A stretch of 63,962 nt of DNA, filler included, from Thelocarpon superellum (lineage: Eukaryota), in assembly GCA_026025795.1 (NCBI GenBank). It is 4 parts of 4 records of this genome, joined end to end, with 100 filler letters (N's around TTAATTAATTAA, not from the genome) between each part and the next. Parts side by side here need not be neighbours in the genome. Positions count along the whole stretch, not along the records: positions 1 to 17,278 come from JAPEUG010000375.1; 3 more parts are not named here. The stretch is one strand, 5' to 3'. The translations under genes were made by a program, and so were the position numbers. A model generated the notes under the pieces. The model was not told the origin of the DNA, searched no databases, and saw only the letters and a program-made list of their open reading frames with translations. Shown one piece after another: positions 1-12,664 of this stretch. The first letter of the stretch is position 1. Each line of letters starts with the position of its first letter.

Positions 1-252
1 CAGCTGGATCCATCGCAGCCACTTGACCTTGCTCTTGGTGCGCCGGCTCATGGGAGCCGCCTTGGTGTTGCCATAGGGCAGGATGATGTAGCTATCCGGA
101 TGGGTGTTGAAATCCAACAGCGGTCCATTCTGCTTCTGGCGTGGCGGAGGGAGGTTCAGACTGGCTTGGGACGCGGCGCGCGGGTTGAAGAGGCCATGCG
201 AGGTGGTGTATCTGGAGGGCGGATCGTAGAGAAAGGGAGGCTCCACGCCCAT
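1..252 (-). CDS. 5' part of a conserved fungal membrane protein of unknown function (runs off window start)
   Basis: Not in the ORF track. Manual translation from ATG at 252 gives MGVEPPFLYDPPSRY...GPLLDFNTHPDSYIILPYGNTKAAPMSRRTKSKVKWLRWIQL, open to position 1. The FNxHPDSY..PYG segment resembles a conserved Pezizomycotina protein. Confidence 0.65.
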   Translation of the reverse strand, partial: MGVEPPFLYDPPSRYTTSHGLFNPRAASQASLNLPPPRQKQNGPLLDFNTHPDSYIILPYGNTKAAPMSRRTKSKVKWLRWIQL

Positions 253-640
253 GATGGTCAGTCGTGGGCTAGCGCGAATTCCTCGCGGTCGGTGATTGTG
301 ATGGTGCTGATGATGACGATGACGATGACGAGACTGATCGTGGTCCGTCCGAGAGCGCCCATGCACATGCAAATGAGGAATGCGATGGAAAAAGGGAGAC
401 CGTGCGGAGGAATGTCGGGGTTGGATGCGGACCGAGCGTCTCGTGTGGAGGTGGACGAACCAGGAGATGAACGATGGGCTTCGGTCGGTAAACAGGCGGA
501 TAGTTGGCCCAGCAACATTATTCCATCAACCTGGTTTTGCTGCTGGTGGTGCCGCTGCAAGTAATGTTACTTGCTGTCACCACGTGCTGCCACTAGCACG
601 TAGCCGCAGCAGTACCAAGTACTATGTTAGCAGTAGTAGG

Positions 641-663
641 GCAGTATGTTAGTAACATACTGC
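641..663. repeat. Perfect inverted repeat GCAGTATGTTA-G-TAACATACTGC in a divergent intergenic region
   Basis: 11-bp arms with 1-nt spacer, within an AGTA-rich patch at about 590-720. Confidence 0.9.
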
Positions 664-926
664 AGTAGCACGACTTCGCGAAGCGAGTACTCCTACCAGT
701 AGTAGCGGCAGTAGCGGCCGTTGAGTTGACCACCGCCACGGAGCTCTTTGCACCCGAGCGCCGCGGGGCAAGCGACGCCGCTTCCTCCGCCGTCCAACGA
801 AGTCAACGCAACGAGTGTGTCCCAGGAGATGGACGACAGGATTTGGGGTATAAGTAAGGTAGCCTAGTAGCAGATGCAAAGAAGTAAAGATTGGGACAGC
901 CAAGGAAGCGTCCTGTATCTGTCCAC

Positions 927-962
927 GTCACCGTCACCGTCACCGTCACCGTCACCGTCACC
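927..962 (+). repeat. (GTCACC)6 microsatellite just upstream of the SDR start
   Basis: Six exact hexamer copies. Confidence 0.95.
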
Positions 963-1000
963 ATTGCATCTGATCTCGTCCCTACTGGAGAGGCGCGACA

Positions 1001-2177
1001 ATGGTCAGCCTCAAAGCGGTACGGGAGTCCAACGCGAAGCTCAAAGCCACGTGCGCGGAGCAGGTCGCCCTCTTCGTCGGGGCCACGAGCGGCATCGCCC
1101 GGCAAGCCTTGACGGAGTACGCCCGGCATTCGGCGCGGCCGAAGATCTACGTCGTGGGCCGGAATGACGCCGCCCTGGCCCAGCTGGTGGAGGAGTTGGC
1201 CCAGATCAACGCCGACGGGAGCTATATGCCGATCAAAGCGGAGATCGCGCTGCTGAAGAACGTGGATGGCGTGTGTGAGCAGGTGAAGGCGAAGGAGACG
1301 CAGCTGCATCTGCTGCTGATGGCGCCGGGGTACCTCAAGTATAAGCGAGTCGGTAGGTGCCCATGCCGTCCTCCCCGCTCCATCCTCCCTCCCTTCCTGC
1401 CAGGAGTCGAGCCTTTGTTCCGTCAGGCAACAGGGAGGAGAAGAGGAGAGAGGAGAAGCGACGAGAAGAGATATCTAACGTCGTGTCCCCGGGGACATGT
1501 GCATGGCAGACAACGCCGAGGGACTGGAAGATACGGTCGCGCTGAGATATTACGCGCGCATGCGCTTCATCTACAATCTCCTCCCCCTGCTCTCCGCCTC
1601 TCCGTCGCGCGTCGTGAGCATCATGGGCGCTGGGAAGGAGGGTCAGCTGGACGAAACCGACCTCGAGCTCAAACACACCTTCTCCTTCCTCCGCGGCACC
1701 GTCCACACCAACACCATGAATACCCTCGCCTTGCAACACCTCGCCTCGCTCCACCCGTCCATCAGCTTCGTCCACGTCTTCCCCGGTCTGGTCATGACTG
1801 GCGCGCACGCCGTCACGGCCAAGGACTGGGTCTTTCCCTTTCGCTTCTTATTCCTGCACGTCGTGCTCCCCCTCTCGCGACCCGTCATGATGGACCTGGG
1901 CGAGTGTGGGGAGCGTCAGCTGTTCGCCGCCACGTCCGCCCGCTACCCACCGTCAACGGCACGGGATCCGCCCGCCGGTGGGGTAGCCTTGCCGGCGGGC
2001 GTAACGATGGCGTCCGGACCGGACAAGAAGGAAGGGAGTGGATGTTACCTGGTGGATGAGAATGGAGAGACGGTCGTAAATGAGAAGCTGATAGAGGACT
2101 ATCGCAAGAGAGGCACGGGAAAGAAGGTATGGGAGCATACCTTGGAAGTCTTTGAACGAGTGCTCGGAAAGGCATAA
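1001..2177 (+). CDS. Short-chain dehydrogenase/reductase family protein, 2 exons
   Basis: Rossmann start VALFVGATSGIA. Intron 1353-1509 (GTAGGT...CTAAC...CAG) joins the two ORFs in frame. Exon 2 carries YYARMRF, SRVVSI and FVHVFPGLV, typical of this fungal SDR group. Confidence 0.9.
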
Positions 2178-3164
2178 GTTGGACACCGGCGACGAGTGAG
2201 ACGAAGATCAGGTGATTCTCCACGCAAACCGAGAAAGGAGCGATAGATCTGATCCGCGCCAATGGGTATCCGGACGGAGACCAAACATGTGGACCACCCG
2301 TGCAGTCAACTTCTTACGTGCAGTCAACATGTTTCTTCTCTACGGCTGGTGGTGGCATTCGCGACGGTCAGGGCGATCTGGACCTGTTGTCTTACCCGAT
2401 CAAAGAACGCGTAGGCAGCACGGAGGAAGATGACACCCAGGACGGAACATCTGGTGGCGGGCTGAGTGCCCAAGGTACACCGCCTCTCTGCTCCCTCGCC
2501 CACATACATCAAGAGGTCGTGCAGGGGTGGGGAGATGGCTGCGCCGCCCAAGGTGAAGCTGACCGCGGTGTAATAACCCATCAGAAAGCATGGGGTGAGA
2601 TCCCTGCCATTTTGGGAAAGCCGTGTATCGAGTCGCATGACAGGAACTTGGGTCGATGACGCCCAGTCGGCGGCGTGTCAGGCACATGTGGATGAGTTTT
2701 GCACGCCCTGCGCCAGTGCATCAAAGCATGGTGGGTGGGAATGAACATGACGCCAAGCTCACACGTCAAGTGGCATCTCGGTGTCGTTGAAAGTCGAGCA
2801 TGTCCCGAGAGGCCAAGAGACATGGGCGGGAATGTGTGACTTGGCATGAAGCAGCGGCAGCGAGGGTCGGCAGCGAGGGTCATCGGGTCCAATAGGGATG
2901 GCTGGAACTCTCCTGCCGGCACTTGACGTAACATTAGGCTTGGCTACCCGTGTGCACGACCGCACGTCAACTACAAGCTACAGGCCCCCGACATCGCCTC
3001 GCCTCTCTTCACCTCGAGTTTGATAAAAGGCAGGGGCCCTCGGGTCGAGTAACATTTTGATCTGGTTCACCGTAAAGGAGACAGGAATAAGAACATATTC
3101 CTCTACGTGCTCCCTGAGAACGGAGGTGGGGAGAGATGAGATAAGGCATAGGTCCTCGTTCCCC

Positions 3165-4888
3165 ATGACCAGCTACCTCTGCCCGACATGCACCGCGGTG
3201 CTTCGACAATCACCGAGGAGGACACCGACCAGCCTCTCGCTCCTCCGCTCCCCCCAACAGCGATGGAGAAGAAGTGCGCACGATGACGCCCGCCCGCGCC
3301 GGCCTTTCCGCATGGCCGTGATCGGCTCGGGGCCCGCAGGCTTCTACACGGCCCACAAGGTCATGTCGCGCATCCCACACGCCATCGTGGACATGTACGA
3401 GCGCCTGCCCGTCCCTTTCGGACTGGTGCGATTTGGCGTGGCACCCGACCACCCCAAGGTCAAGGTGAGCCAGCCAGCCATTCAGCCATTCAGCCCGACG
3501 TCGAGGAGACCTCCTTGCTTCGCCGACGATAGGCATGAGACCTCTGTGCCTAACCCGCCATGTGTAGAATTGCCAGGACAAGTTCAGCGAGGTGGCGGCG
3601 TCGCCACGCTTCAACTTCTTCGGGAACGTAGCGGTCGGGGAGACGCTGAGCTTGTCGACGCTGACGCCGCATTATGATGCCATTGTTCTCGCATACGGGG
3701 CGTCGGAGGACCGTCGCCTGCACGTCCCAGGCGAGGAGACGTTGCGGGGCATCTACTCGGCCCGGGCCTTTGTCGGTTGGTATAACGGTCTGCCGGAGTA
3801 TGCCGACCTACGGCCTGACCTTGAGGCGGGCGACGAGGCCGTGGTGATTGGGCAGGGGAACGTCGCGTTGGATGTGGCCAGGACGCTGTTGACGGATGTG
3901 GATCGTCTGCGGAGCTCGGACATGACCACGTACGCCGTCGAGGCTCTGTCCAAGAGCCGGGTCAAGAGGGTTCGCGTGGTGGGGAGGAGAGGACCGATGC
4001 AGGTTTGGCGTCCTCGTGTGGACCGACGCGTTCATGGCTGGCGCTGACACCCGCCAGGCCGCCTTTACGATTAAAGAAGTGCGTGAGCTGTTGGATCTAC
4101 CCTCCGTCGGATTCCATCCCATCGCGCCGTCCATCCTCCCCCAAGACCTGTCCCGGCTCCCTCGTGCCGCCAAGCGCATCACCCAACTCCTCTCTAGAGG
4201 CGCCCGGACCCCGCTCGACGCCGCACCCAAAACGTGGGAGCTGCCCTTTTTCCTCGCCCCCACCGCCTTTGTGGCCTCGCCAGCTCACCCAGACCGTCTC
4301 TCCGGTGTCCATTTGGAGAAGATGCGGCTGGAGAGCGCAGATCCTCTGGACCCGGCCGCCAAGGTTCAAGGGACTGGCGAAATGGTTGTGCTCCCGGCAT
4401 CCATCGCCTTTCGCTCCATCGGCTACAAGTCGGAGGCACTCTCCGGCTTGGCCGACCTCGGCGTCCCATTCGATGAGCGGCTGGGCATCATCCCCAACGA
4501 TGCGTATGGGCGTGTGCTAGCCCCCGCTGCTGGCCCCGGCCCTATGGCTGCCCGGCACGTCCCCGGCGTGTATTGTGCCGGCTGGGCCAAGCGTGGCCCG
4601 ACCGGCGTGATCGCCAGTACCATGGACGACGCCTTTGCCACGGCCGAGGTGATCGCCGCCGACTGGACCGCGGATGCCCGCTTCCTCAATGCCGAGGAAG
4701 GGAGGGTCAGTACCGGCTTGGGCTGGGATGGGGTCAAGGACCAAGCTCAGAAGCTAGGCGTGCGCCCCGTGAGCTGGGCCGATTGGCAAGCCATCGACGC
4801 GGCCGAACGAGAACGGGGGAAGCACGTGGGGAAGGAGCGAGAGAAATTTACGACCACAGGCGAGATGTTGGCCGTCCTCGAGCGATGA
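3165..4888 (+). CDS. ARH1: Mitochondrial NADPH:adrenodoxin (ferredoxin) oxidoreductase, 3 exons
   Basis: Arg-rich presequence; motifs VIGSGPAGFY, PVPFGLVRFGVAPDHP, VIGQGNVALDVAR, GRRGP, GWAKRGPTGVIASTM, KEREKF; two introns near 3466 and 4003. Confidence 0.95.
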
Positions 4889-4968
4889 ACGCACGGATGC
4901 GGTACTCTCCGCCTACAATATAGTCCCTCCCACACGTCGGAGCCAGGTCCATGTCCGGGTCTCAGACC

Positions 4969-7028
4969 TCACGCCGGCACCCTGTGATGGGTCAGTAGAC
5001 CATCAGGGAGACGGCGGCCGGAGCTCGATACATACCCCTCATATTCCGTCACCGCGTCCTCGCCGCGCTTCGTGCGACGGCGTCGAATGCGGCGACTGAC
5101 CCCACATTTGGCGAAGAGGGTCAGGCCAGTGATGACCAAGACGATGATGGCGGCGACGGTGGGGATGATGATGTTCCTCCGTTGCACGTACTCGCTCTCG
5201 TAATACGGGCATGTGGCGTTGGGTCCTCCGCTGACCCAACACCCCTGCACGGCCAAGCTGTTGATGTCGACCCACACGCCGCTGAGGTCTTGTCGCCGCT
5301 GCAGTTGCGCGTAGAGATATGCATTTTCGAGCGCGGTCCGAGGCGCGGCAAAGCTGCTGTTGCCCGCGCACACCGTCGAGCTCGAGCTATACGACGCGGG
5401 CGCGCTGCCCATCTGCCAGACATACGGTTGCCCATTCACACGACAAGCCGGATAGCGGCTTTGTGCGCAGTCATCCACCTGCCATCGCCCGCCGAGGCTC
5501 CTAGTCATCACGCCACAGCGGAACGTGGCCGCCGAGCCATCATCGCCCGCGGTGAAATTGCGCGGTTGGCCGGCGGCCCAGGACCAGATGGTCGCCGACC
5601 AGACGGCGACGTAGGCCGTCGTATCTTCCACGGCGGTGCGGTTAAGCAGCGTCGTGTTCACGATGGGCGAGATGCCGCAATTGGTCAAGTCCATGGCGAG
5701 GTTCGTGATGGGGTCGAGTGACGAGCTGGGCGGGCTGGCGCCATTGAATCCCATGGCCTGGCTCGCGACCGCCCACGACGAGTTGACGACCGCCACATCT
5801 GTCGAGTCGGAAGAAAAGACACAGCCGGCCGTCAGCTGGCCATCGCTCGACGCCGCCACTTGGCGCTGGCTTTGGAGAGTGCCGGAGGTGAAGACGGTCT
5901 CGGCATCACCCGTGAAATTGTAGCCGGCCATCTGCGGATCGACGGAGCCCATGCCCAGCAGAAGCCGCTTGGCTTGGGAAAACTCAATGTATCCTTCCGA
6001 GGGCCATCCATCAACCGTGGCGAGATCGTCCTCGCCAGCGGGTTGCGTGATGAGGTAGGCGCTGTCAGGCTGGTCCTCGGTGGAGACGGCATACCACGAC
6101 TTGTTCAGATTCGATCGGTCCGCTTCGAGGTCCGAGGGCATATACATCATCGAGGCGGACTGGTCACGGAAGAGTGCCCCGAGCAAGTTCGGCCCTTGCG
6201 GAAGCCGGGACGGCGTCTGGGCGGGCCCATTTGGGGACGAGGCATTGGCGGCAGCATGGAGGTTCAGGATGATGGTCAGGAGACGCGCATCCAGCGTGTC
6301 CTGCGAGGCTTCGAAGAACCCCTGGAAGACCTCGATCAGGAGCGATATATTGAGGGACGCCGTGCAAGTATAGGGCCCAAGCTCGTACAGGGCCGAGGTC
6401 GACGTCGACGTCGACGTCGATGATGTCCTGGTGGTAGCGAGAGGAGAGGACAGTGACGAGGTGGCATTGGAGCCGGATGTAGAGGGCGTCGTCAGGCTCG
6501 AGTTAAGGTCGACCTGCCTTGCGCTGAGGGCAGTGGTCGGTGTAGCGTGGGAGAGGGGTGCATTATGGCTCATGGATGCAGTAATGAGCGGCGTAGGTAT
6601 CGACACGTCCGAGCGGGCGGTCGAGCTCTCATTGTGTGATGCGGTGGAGGCCACCGCGGTAGTGTCCGTGGCCAGGTCGGGAATAGATACCGGACACAAG
6701 CTCCACAGCTGCCGCCTCGCGTCCCAGTATAGATCAAGGAGGAATTGGCGGTATCCGATCGAGATCAAATCCGAGGCACATTGTCGGGCCCCGTCGTCCT
6801 CGTAGACCTGGTGCGCGAAGCATGCCGCGGAGAAGACGATGCCGCCCCGGGTTACGAAGTTGATGGGGATCTGGATTGCGAGGTCTCGTTGCGACTGCGC
6901 ATGCAATCAGCTAACTTGTCCGTAACTCAGAGCCTTTCTAGACATGATTCGGGTGGTATTACGAGAATTGCCGTTGACCATGGCGGCGCGAGGGTGGCAT
7001 TGGACGAGGGCTTATAAGCGTTCGCCAT
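4969..7028 (-). CDS. MTC6: Mtc6-like single-pass membrane protein (maintenance of telomere capping 6 family), 3 exons
   Basis: Exon 1 MANAYKPSSNATLAPPWSTAIL splices to SQRDLAIQIPINFVT. Also DLYWD, GWPSE, CGISPIVN, WSWAAGQP, a Cys-rich lectin-like region with PRTALEN, a C-terminal TM helix, and a YEG/VPA end after a short last intron. Confidence 0.85.
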
Positions 7029-7322
7029 CTCGCACCACCAACTCTACGGCGTGGTTCACGCGGCGCGGTGATGTCAGGGCAGAGGCCAGGGGCTGTCCCG
7101 CCGGGATTAGGATCATAGTGATGGGGCGACGTCGCGAATGCAGATACAGGAGGGAGCCTGATGCATGGAGACACCAGACAGACGGGGCAGCAGAATAGAG
7201 CAGATGCTCCGCGAGCATGGTGGCATGCGAGCGTCCTCCTTCCTCCTTCCTCCTCCCCCCAACGTCGTACTCGGGTACGCGTGGAAAGAATGGAGGAGCC
7301 AAAGTCTCTCACGGCCATGCGG

Positions 7323-7338
7323 GCTGACGTGACTCAGC
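7323..7338. promoter_or_regulatory. Overlapping bZIP-type sites TGACGTG and TGACTCA in the MTC6/SEC62 divergent promoter
   Basis: GCTGACGTGACTCAGC about 190 bp upstream of the SEC62 ATG; function inferred only. Confidence 0.4.
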
Positions 7339-7523
7339 ATCCTTGTCCGCGATCGACCGAAACCTTCCGGAGTTAAGTGGCGGAGGCTCCGGCAGTTCGA
7401 GCCGAGCCTGACCCAATATCGTCGTGTCCTCTTCCACCAGCCATCGAACTGAGACGGATCTGATCAACCACCGCCTCAAGTCACCGCAGCGGCTCATTCA
7501 CGCGGGAGTGATTCGCCGGCATC

Positions 7524-8779
7524 ATGGCGACACCCCAGGGTCCTCCGCAGGGTCCACCAACCCCTCAGCAAATCCAAGCCATGCAGCGCCAGCTGGCGGC
7601 GGAGGCGGCCAAGAACAACATGTCGGTGGAGCAGTACGTCGCCCAGCTCAAAGCCCAGGCCATGAAGCACGCCCAGGCGCAGCAACAGCAACAGCAAGGA
7701 GGACCTCACCAGCACCCGCGCCAAGGCCACCCCCCACACGGGCCGCCCCATCAACACGGACAACAGGTGCCCATCAACCCGGGACCGCCCAACCCCAAGG
7801 CCGTGGCCCTCTCACAGTGGCTGCGGAACCAAGACCTCAAGTCGCGAACGTGCATCCTCGACGGGCAACGAAAGGACATGTTTCGAGGTAGGAAGAGCTG
7901 AATCTGCCCGAACCTTCGGCTTGCTGAGAGCGCCACAGTCAAGCGCGCCCTGCGTGCGTTGCAGTCCCCAGCCTATGCGACGGCATGCGCCAAGAATCCG
8001 CTCCTCACCCCCGTCACCAACCGGGCGCAGGCAGAAGAAGTGTTCAAGCAGCTACCACTCTCGCTCCTCGCGCTCCGCGTCTCCAAGATCGATCCGCACG
8101 AAGGCCATGCGCACGCCAAGCCGAAGAAGCGCATCAAAGGCTTATGGACGGTCAAGGTGGAGCAACAGCAGGAGGTGCGAGACGACGTGCACTTTATCTG
8201 GCTATACGAAGGCCCGCAATGGAAGACGAAACTCTACGCCGTCGGTGCCCTGGCCGTCATTCTGGCCGTCGTGCTGTTCCCGCTCTGGCCCATCAAGCTC
8301 CGCATCGGCGTCTGGTATCTGAGCATGGGCATGCTGGGGCTCATCGGGCTCTTCTTCCTCATGGCCATCTTCCGCCTGATTCTCTTCTGCATCACCGTCT
8401 TTGCCGTGCCCCCGGGCATCTGGCTCTACCCGAATCTCTTCGAGGACGTCGGCTTCTTTGACAGTTTCCGGCCCTTCTGGGGCTGGCAGGAGGTCAGGAT
8501 CCATCTCTATCCCCGCTTACGATGACCATCGCAGTCGAGCCAGGGCTAACGGCGGGTACGGCACAGGAGAAGAAGAAGAAAAAGAGCAAAAAGGCGCCTG
8601 CGAGTGCCGGTGCCGATGGTGGTGCCGGCGCGGCAGTGGGGGCGAAAAGCGCCTCGGCCGAAACCTCCGCCTCCGCTTCCGCCTCCGCGACGCCCGCCAC
8701 GGCCACTGCGCTGTCGTCCTCACAGCAGCCGCAGCGGAGAAACCTGACGCCGCGCGTGGAGGAGGTGGAGGAAGAATGA
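7524..8779 (+). CDS. SEC62: ER translocation complex subunit Sec62, 3 exons
   Basis: Q/P-rich N-terminus, QDLKSRTCILDGQRKDMFR/VKRALRAL, WLYEGPQW, two TM helices with FPLWP, WLYPNLFEDVGFFDSFRP, poly-K tail. Confidence 0.96.
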
Positions 8780-9434
8780 GCGAGGATGCATAGGCGAGCG
8801 AGCGAGCGAGCGATCGAGCAATACCGTGGACTCAGGCCCGCGTGTCTATCATACCAGTCACCATACCAGATGCCTGTGGGAGTTGGGCAGGCGTTGGTCG
8901 CGCCTCGACTGAGGTATGGCACATGGTCGCCTACACGTCACTTTGTCTATGAGACTACTGCATCTCAACTCCCGTACTATACCGCATCTCAAGGAGGAAT
9001 CAGGGATAGCGAGATACGAGTCTGACGGAGGACATCATTGTATAATGAGTTTGCGGTTGTAGTCCATGGTGCTCCGCAGTACGGAGCAGTTGCGGCTCGA
9101 CTACTGCGGCGCAGGAGCATGACCGTAGCTCCCTTCTATTCCATCGCACGGAGTGATGGCGACTAATTTGTCTTCCGAGGGGTGTGGATCTCATCAGACC
9201 TGCTGTAGCTGTGGCAACTATTAGTGCCAGTGAGATGGGTGGGCAGGGGGAGGAGAAGCTTCTCACCCTCTTCGCAAGGCATCTTCGTCCTAGGCATCGT
9301 CCTAGACCAGGACGTATGCTTGGTCTCACAGGAGTAGTATGGTATGGTGGAAAGGATTGAACTCGTTTCGCACACTCGTCCATCATGACACATGGCGCGT
9401 CACACGTGCCCAGAGGATTGATATGCTCGAGCCC

Positions 9435-10526
9435 TCACGTTTTCGCCTCGTCAGCGGACCCGGACGTCTCCCGAGCGGCTGTCGCGTCGTCGGGGGCGAC
9501 GGACGGGGTCGACGGAGTGGCCGAGGGGTTGGCATGTGACAGGGAGGCGGGGGTAGGGAGATTGAGATCCGTCACCTGGCGCTCTGATTGGCCCTTGTCA
9601 GCATCGTCCATCCGGAGCATTATTACCACACGGGAGAAACCGACCAAGCTCACGAATTCTCATGCGCAGCATCATGTTTTCTCGTGCCAACATCTGCGTC
9701 TCCGCCCGATAGAACTCAGAGTCGGTGCGACCAGCGCCTAGCAGCCAGCCCTGATCAGCGACCTCGGTCGGTCCACCGACTCCCGCCGAGAGCGGACGGA
9801 TCGCGGGGGAGCCATTGCGGCTGGGAGTCAGCGACCGGTGGGACGAGCGACGCGATAGCTCGGTGGAGGCGCGAGGATTAGCCGGGGCGGCGACCGTGGT
9901 CTGGCGGGCGGTGGGAAAGGACAAGGACCGCTCCGACGTTGGGGTTGAGTCCTCGACGTCGGTCGCCGCGGACTCGTTCGCTGCGGGACCTCCGGCCTGC
10001 TGCAGCTGCCGCACCTGGATTTGCTGCTGACGGATCATCTGCAACAGCCGGTTCTACCGTGACCCGCATCAGCTCGAGGCTCGGTCATGACAACAGGGAT
10101 GGTGCGGGCGCTGACCACTTGCGCTTCTTGCTCTTGCTCCAGCTCCTGGTGTAAACCTCCGAGGCTGGGCGCCCGCTGATGATGTGGGTCCGCCGTGACG
10201 TACGAGGGTCCGCCCGCACCCTGAGGGCTGTTGCCGGCCAAGGCCGATGCGAAGGACTCGGCATGGTGCGTGCCGGCAACGTCGTGGAGGTGCAGATTCG
10301 CCATCCCGGCCGACGCGCGCTCCAGACGTCCGAAGCGTGGAGGGGTCGGCCCTCCTACGATGGGCGTGCTGCGGCTGCCACCGGCGGCGGGGGTGGACGG
10401 ATGACGGCCATCTTGGTCCGGACCACCGTTGGCGCTGGACGCCGCGGCGGGTGGAGGCGGGGTCCGGCTCTGCGAGGGAGAAGCGCCACTAGATCTCGAC
10501 GGCAGGAGGGAGTTGATGTCAGGCAT
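9435..10526 (-). CDS. Conserved fungal low-complexity/coiled-coil protein of unknown function, 3 exons
   Basis: Three minus-strand ORFs joined in frame by two GT-AG introns; conserved-looking blocks HQRAPSLGGLHQELEQEQEAQV/NRLLQMIRQQQ and FYRAETQMLARENMMLRMRIREL/ERQ. Confidence 0.8.
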
Positions 10527-10689
10527 CGCTCATGCCGCCACCCAGGCACGGCTAAGGTCGAGTGATCGTGGTAGATGCGATGATCCAACCGCCGATGGAT
10601 GCGAGGCCGGCAGCTCCAATCGGAGCTTCGCTTGAGCTGATGGAGCTCGGTCACGTGCGGGCACGAGTCTGGATGGCTCTCGCTCGCGT

Positions 10690-10722
10690 AGTTCGAGGGC
10701 TCGTAGTACGAGCCCTCGAACT
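10690..10722. repeat. Perfect 33-bp inverted repeat AGTTCGAGGGCTCGTA-G-TACGAGCCCTCGAACT
   Basis: 16-bp arms with 1-nt spacer, 164 bp upstream of the ATG at 10526. Confidence 0.95.
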
Positions 10723-12664
10723 CAGTCCGAAGTACTAGCGCGGGTACTACGACGTAACTACTTTGGTAAACGAGTGGCACGGCAAATCCACGAAGCAGAA
10801 CTGGAGGGTGCCGGGGAAAATGGCTCCTGTCATCCATGTCCGTCGTCCCGGCGCACCCCCAGCAACTCATCACCTCCGACAACGGTATCACGAGCAGGAA
10901 ATTGTGCCATCTGGCACCAGCCGGCTAGGCGGACGCTCGGCAAGTCCTGCAGGAGTTAGATTCACGTCGCTGTCTTTGACCAATTCAGAGATCCCCGCCT
11001 ATCGCACGACTAGTCCGAGGACCACGTTGGCCGCCCTCGGACGAGGTCTGGCCCATTGTCACGACGCATTCGCGTAAAGGATGCGTCTCCTGACACGTCC
11101 TTGCACAAGCGCTCGTGCAGTGATCAGAAGGCGATCTCGGTCGGCACTCCCACTGTCAACAAGGGCAATCATGGTTCGTGTTCGGCTGGCAATTTCGCTA
11201 GCTTGGCCCAGAACGTCGGGACGAGAACAATATAAATACAAGGTGGGCTCCAAATAGTCTCTCGCCTCGACCGGAGATGGACCCCGGGTGTGCCTTCTCC
11301 ACCAGGGCAAGTTCAGGGATCGGCACCGTGCTGGTGGCTACGCAGACCGGGGACAGGAAAGTGGACAGCTGCCACACGGATGCCGTTAGAGGGAGGGATC
11401 CGATGCACTACTCGCTCGACGGTCGCCCCGTCGCGGCGACGAGACGGAGACTTCCTGGACATCCGCCTTCCATGCAGGAACCAAAGTCTACGAGGTACTC
11501 GCCTACGCCCGTCTGGGTTAGGCGCGGCGCACTCTCTCTAGGGGCCGCAGGTCCATCGCCCTTCGTCTTTCGTCGCACTGGTTCATCTGCACTACAAGTA
11601 CGAGTACTCGTCCTCGCTTCGGTCGATCAGTAAGGGGTGGGGAGCGGCAGGGGTTCCCCCCTGACCGATGCAGACGCTACACCCTCGTCCCGGCGCGCCC
11701 GTATCGGGGCGCACATGAGTACACAAAGGTGCCAGGTTACTGCAGACGCGGCAGATGGGAGATTGCCCCGAGGCGTCGTTGGCCGCGCCGGGCGTGGCGA
11801 AGTCGAAAGTGCCAGTAATGGGCTCGACGCCATGGGGGAGGGGAGCATGTCGGTCCATGATGGGGGAGGGGGGTGGCAAGGGGAACGGCCGTCCAGTGGC
11901 CTCGGACGTGTATCTAGGCCGGAGGCTCCGTGCGAGAGGGCGCGACAAGGCCACCACAGGTCAAGGTCGAGGGGCATCGTCACATTCCTCTCGTCGTCCG
12001 CCGTCCTTCGCCCTTCGTCCTTCACCACCGCTGCCTCGCAGACACTCCAAGACCCATTTCTCCGTCGCGCCGGACGAGGTCTAGCCGATTCCCGTCGATC
12101 CGTCGATCAACGTCACTCGAGGCGCGGTCGCATGCTCGACGCTGTCCACGTCGCCGGGCCACTACGTCTCACTTGGCCGATCCCTGCCGCGTCCTAGGCT
12201 CAGATAACCAAGCTTCTCCCGCCGGCAGCCCTGTCGCCAGCGCCGCAGCCAGGCCGAGTCATTATCCGCCCTCATCCACCGCAACGTCGCCTTTTCGTCC
12301 CCCGCCATCCCTCGCAGCACCGTTGCACCGTTGCTGTTGCCACCACCGCCGCCGCGCATCGTGATCACTCCAGATCAGGCGTGCGTCGACGTGAGACACA
12401 TCTCCACCCCGACGATGAACTGGTCTTGAAGCTCCCAAGACCTCGATCCAGCCCGGGGCCCTCGCACGCATCCAGCGGGCGGCATAAGCGATTTCGCCTC
12501 GGAAGATCGACTCCGTTGCGTCACACGCAACGTCACGACCGTCGCATCTGTTCCAGACGCGCGACTCTCCCCCCTGGACGGAGCGTCTGGGGCCACGGAC
12601 GACCTCGTCCCTCCCACCGGCATTGTGGGCCAGCCGGCGGGCCAGGTTCGTGTCCACCGGCGCC

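Noticed and set aside
1001..2177. Frameshifts in the SDR, ARH1, MUS81, SEC62 and other genes split over several ORFs
   Set aside because: Each break is explained by a GT-AG intron with a plausible branch point that restores the frame.
2200..3000. Short ORFs and a 12-bp direct repeat (CGTGCAGTCAAC) between the SDR and ARH1
   Set aside because: No recognisable protein in any frame; the repeat is too short to support an element.
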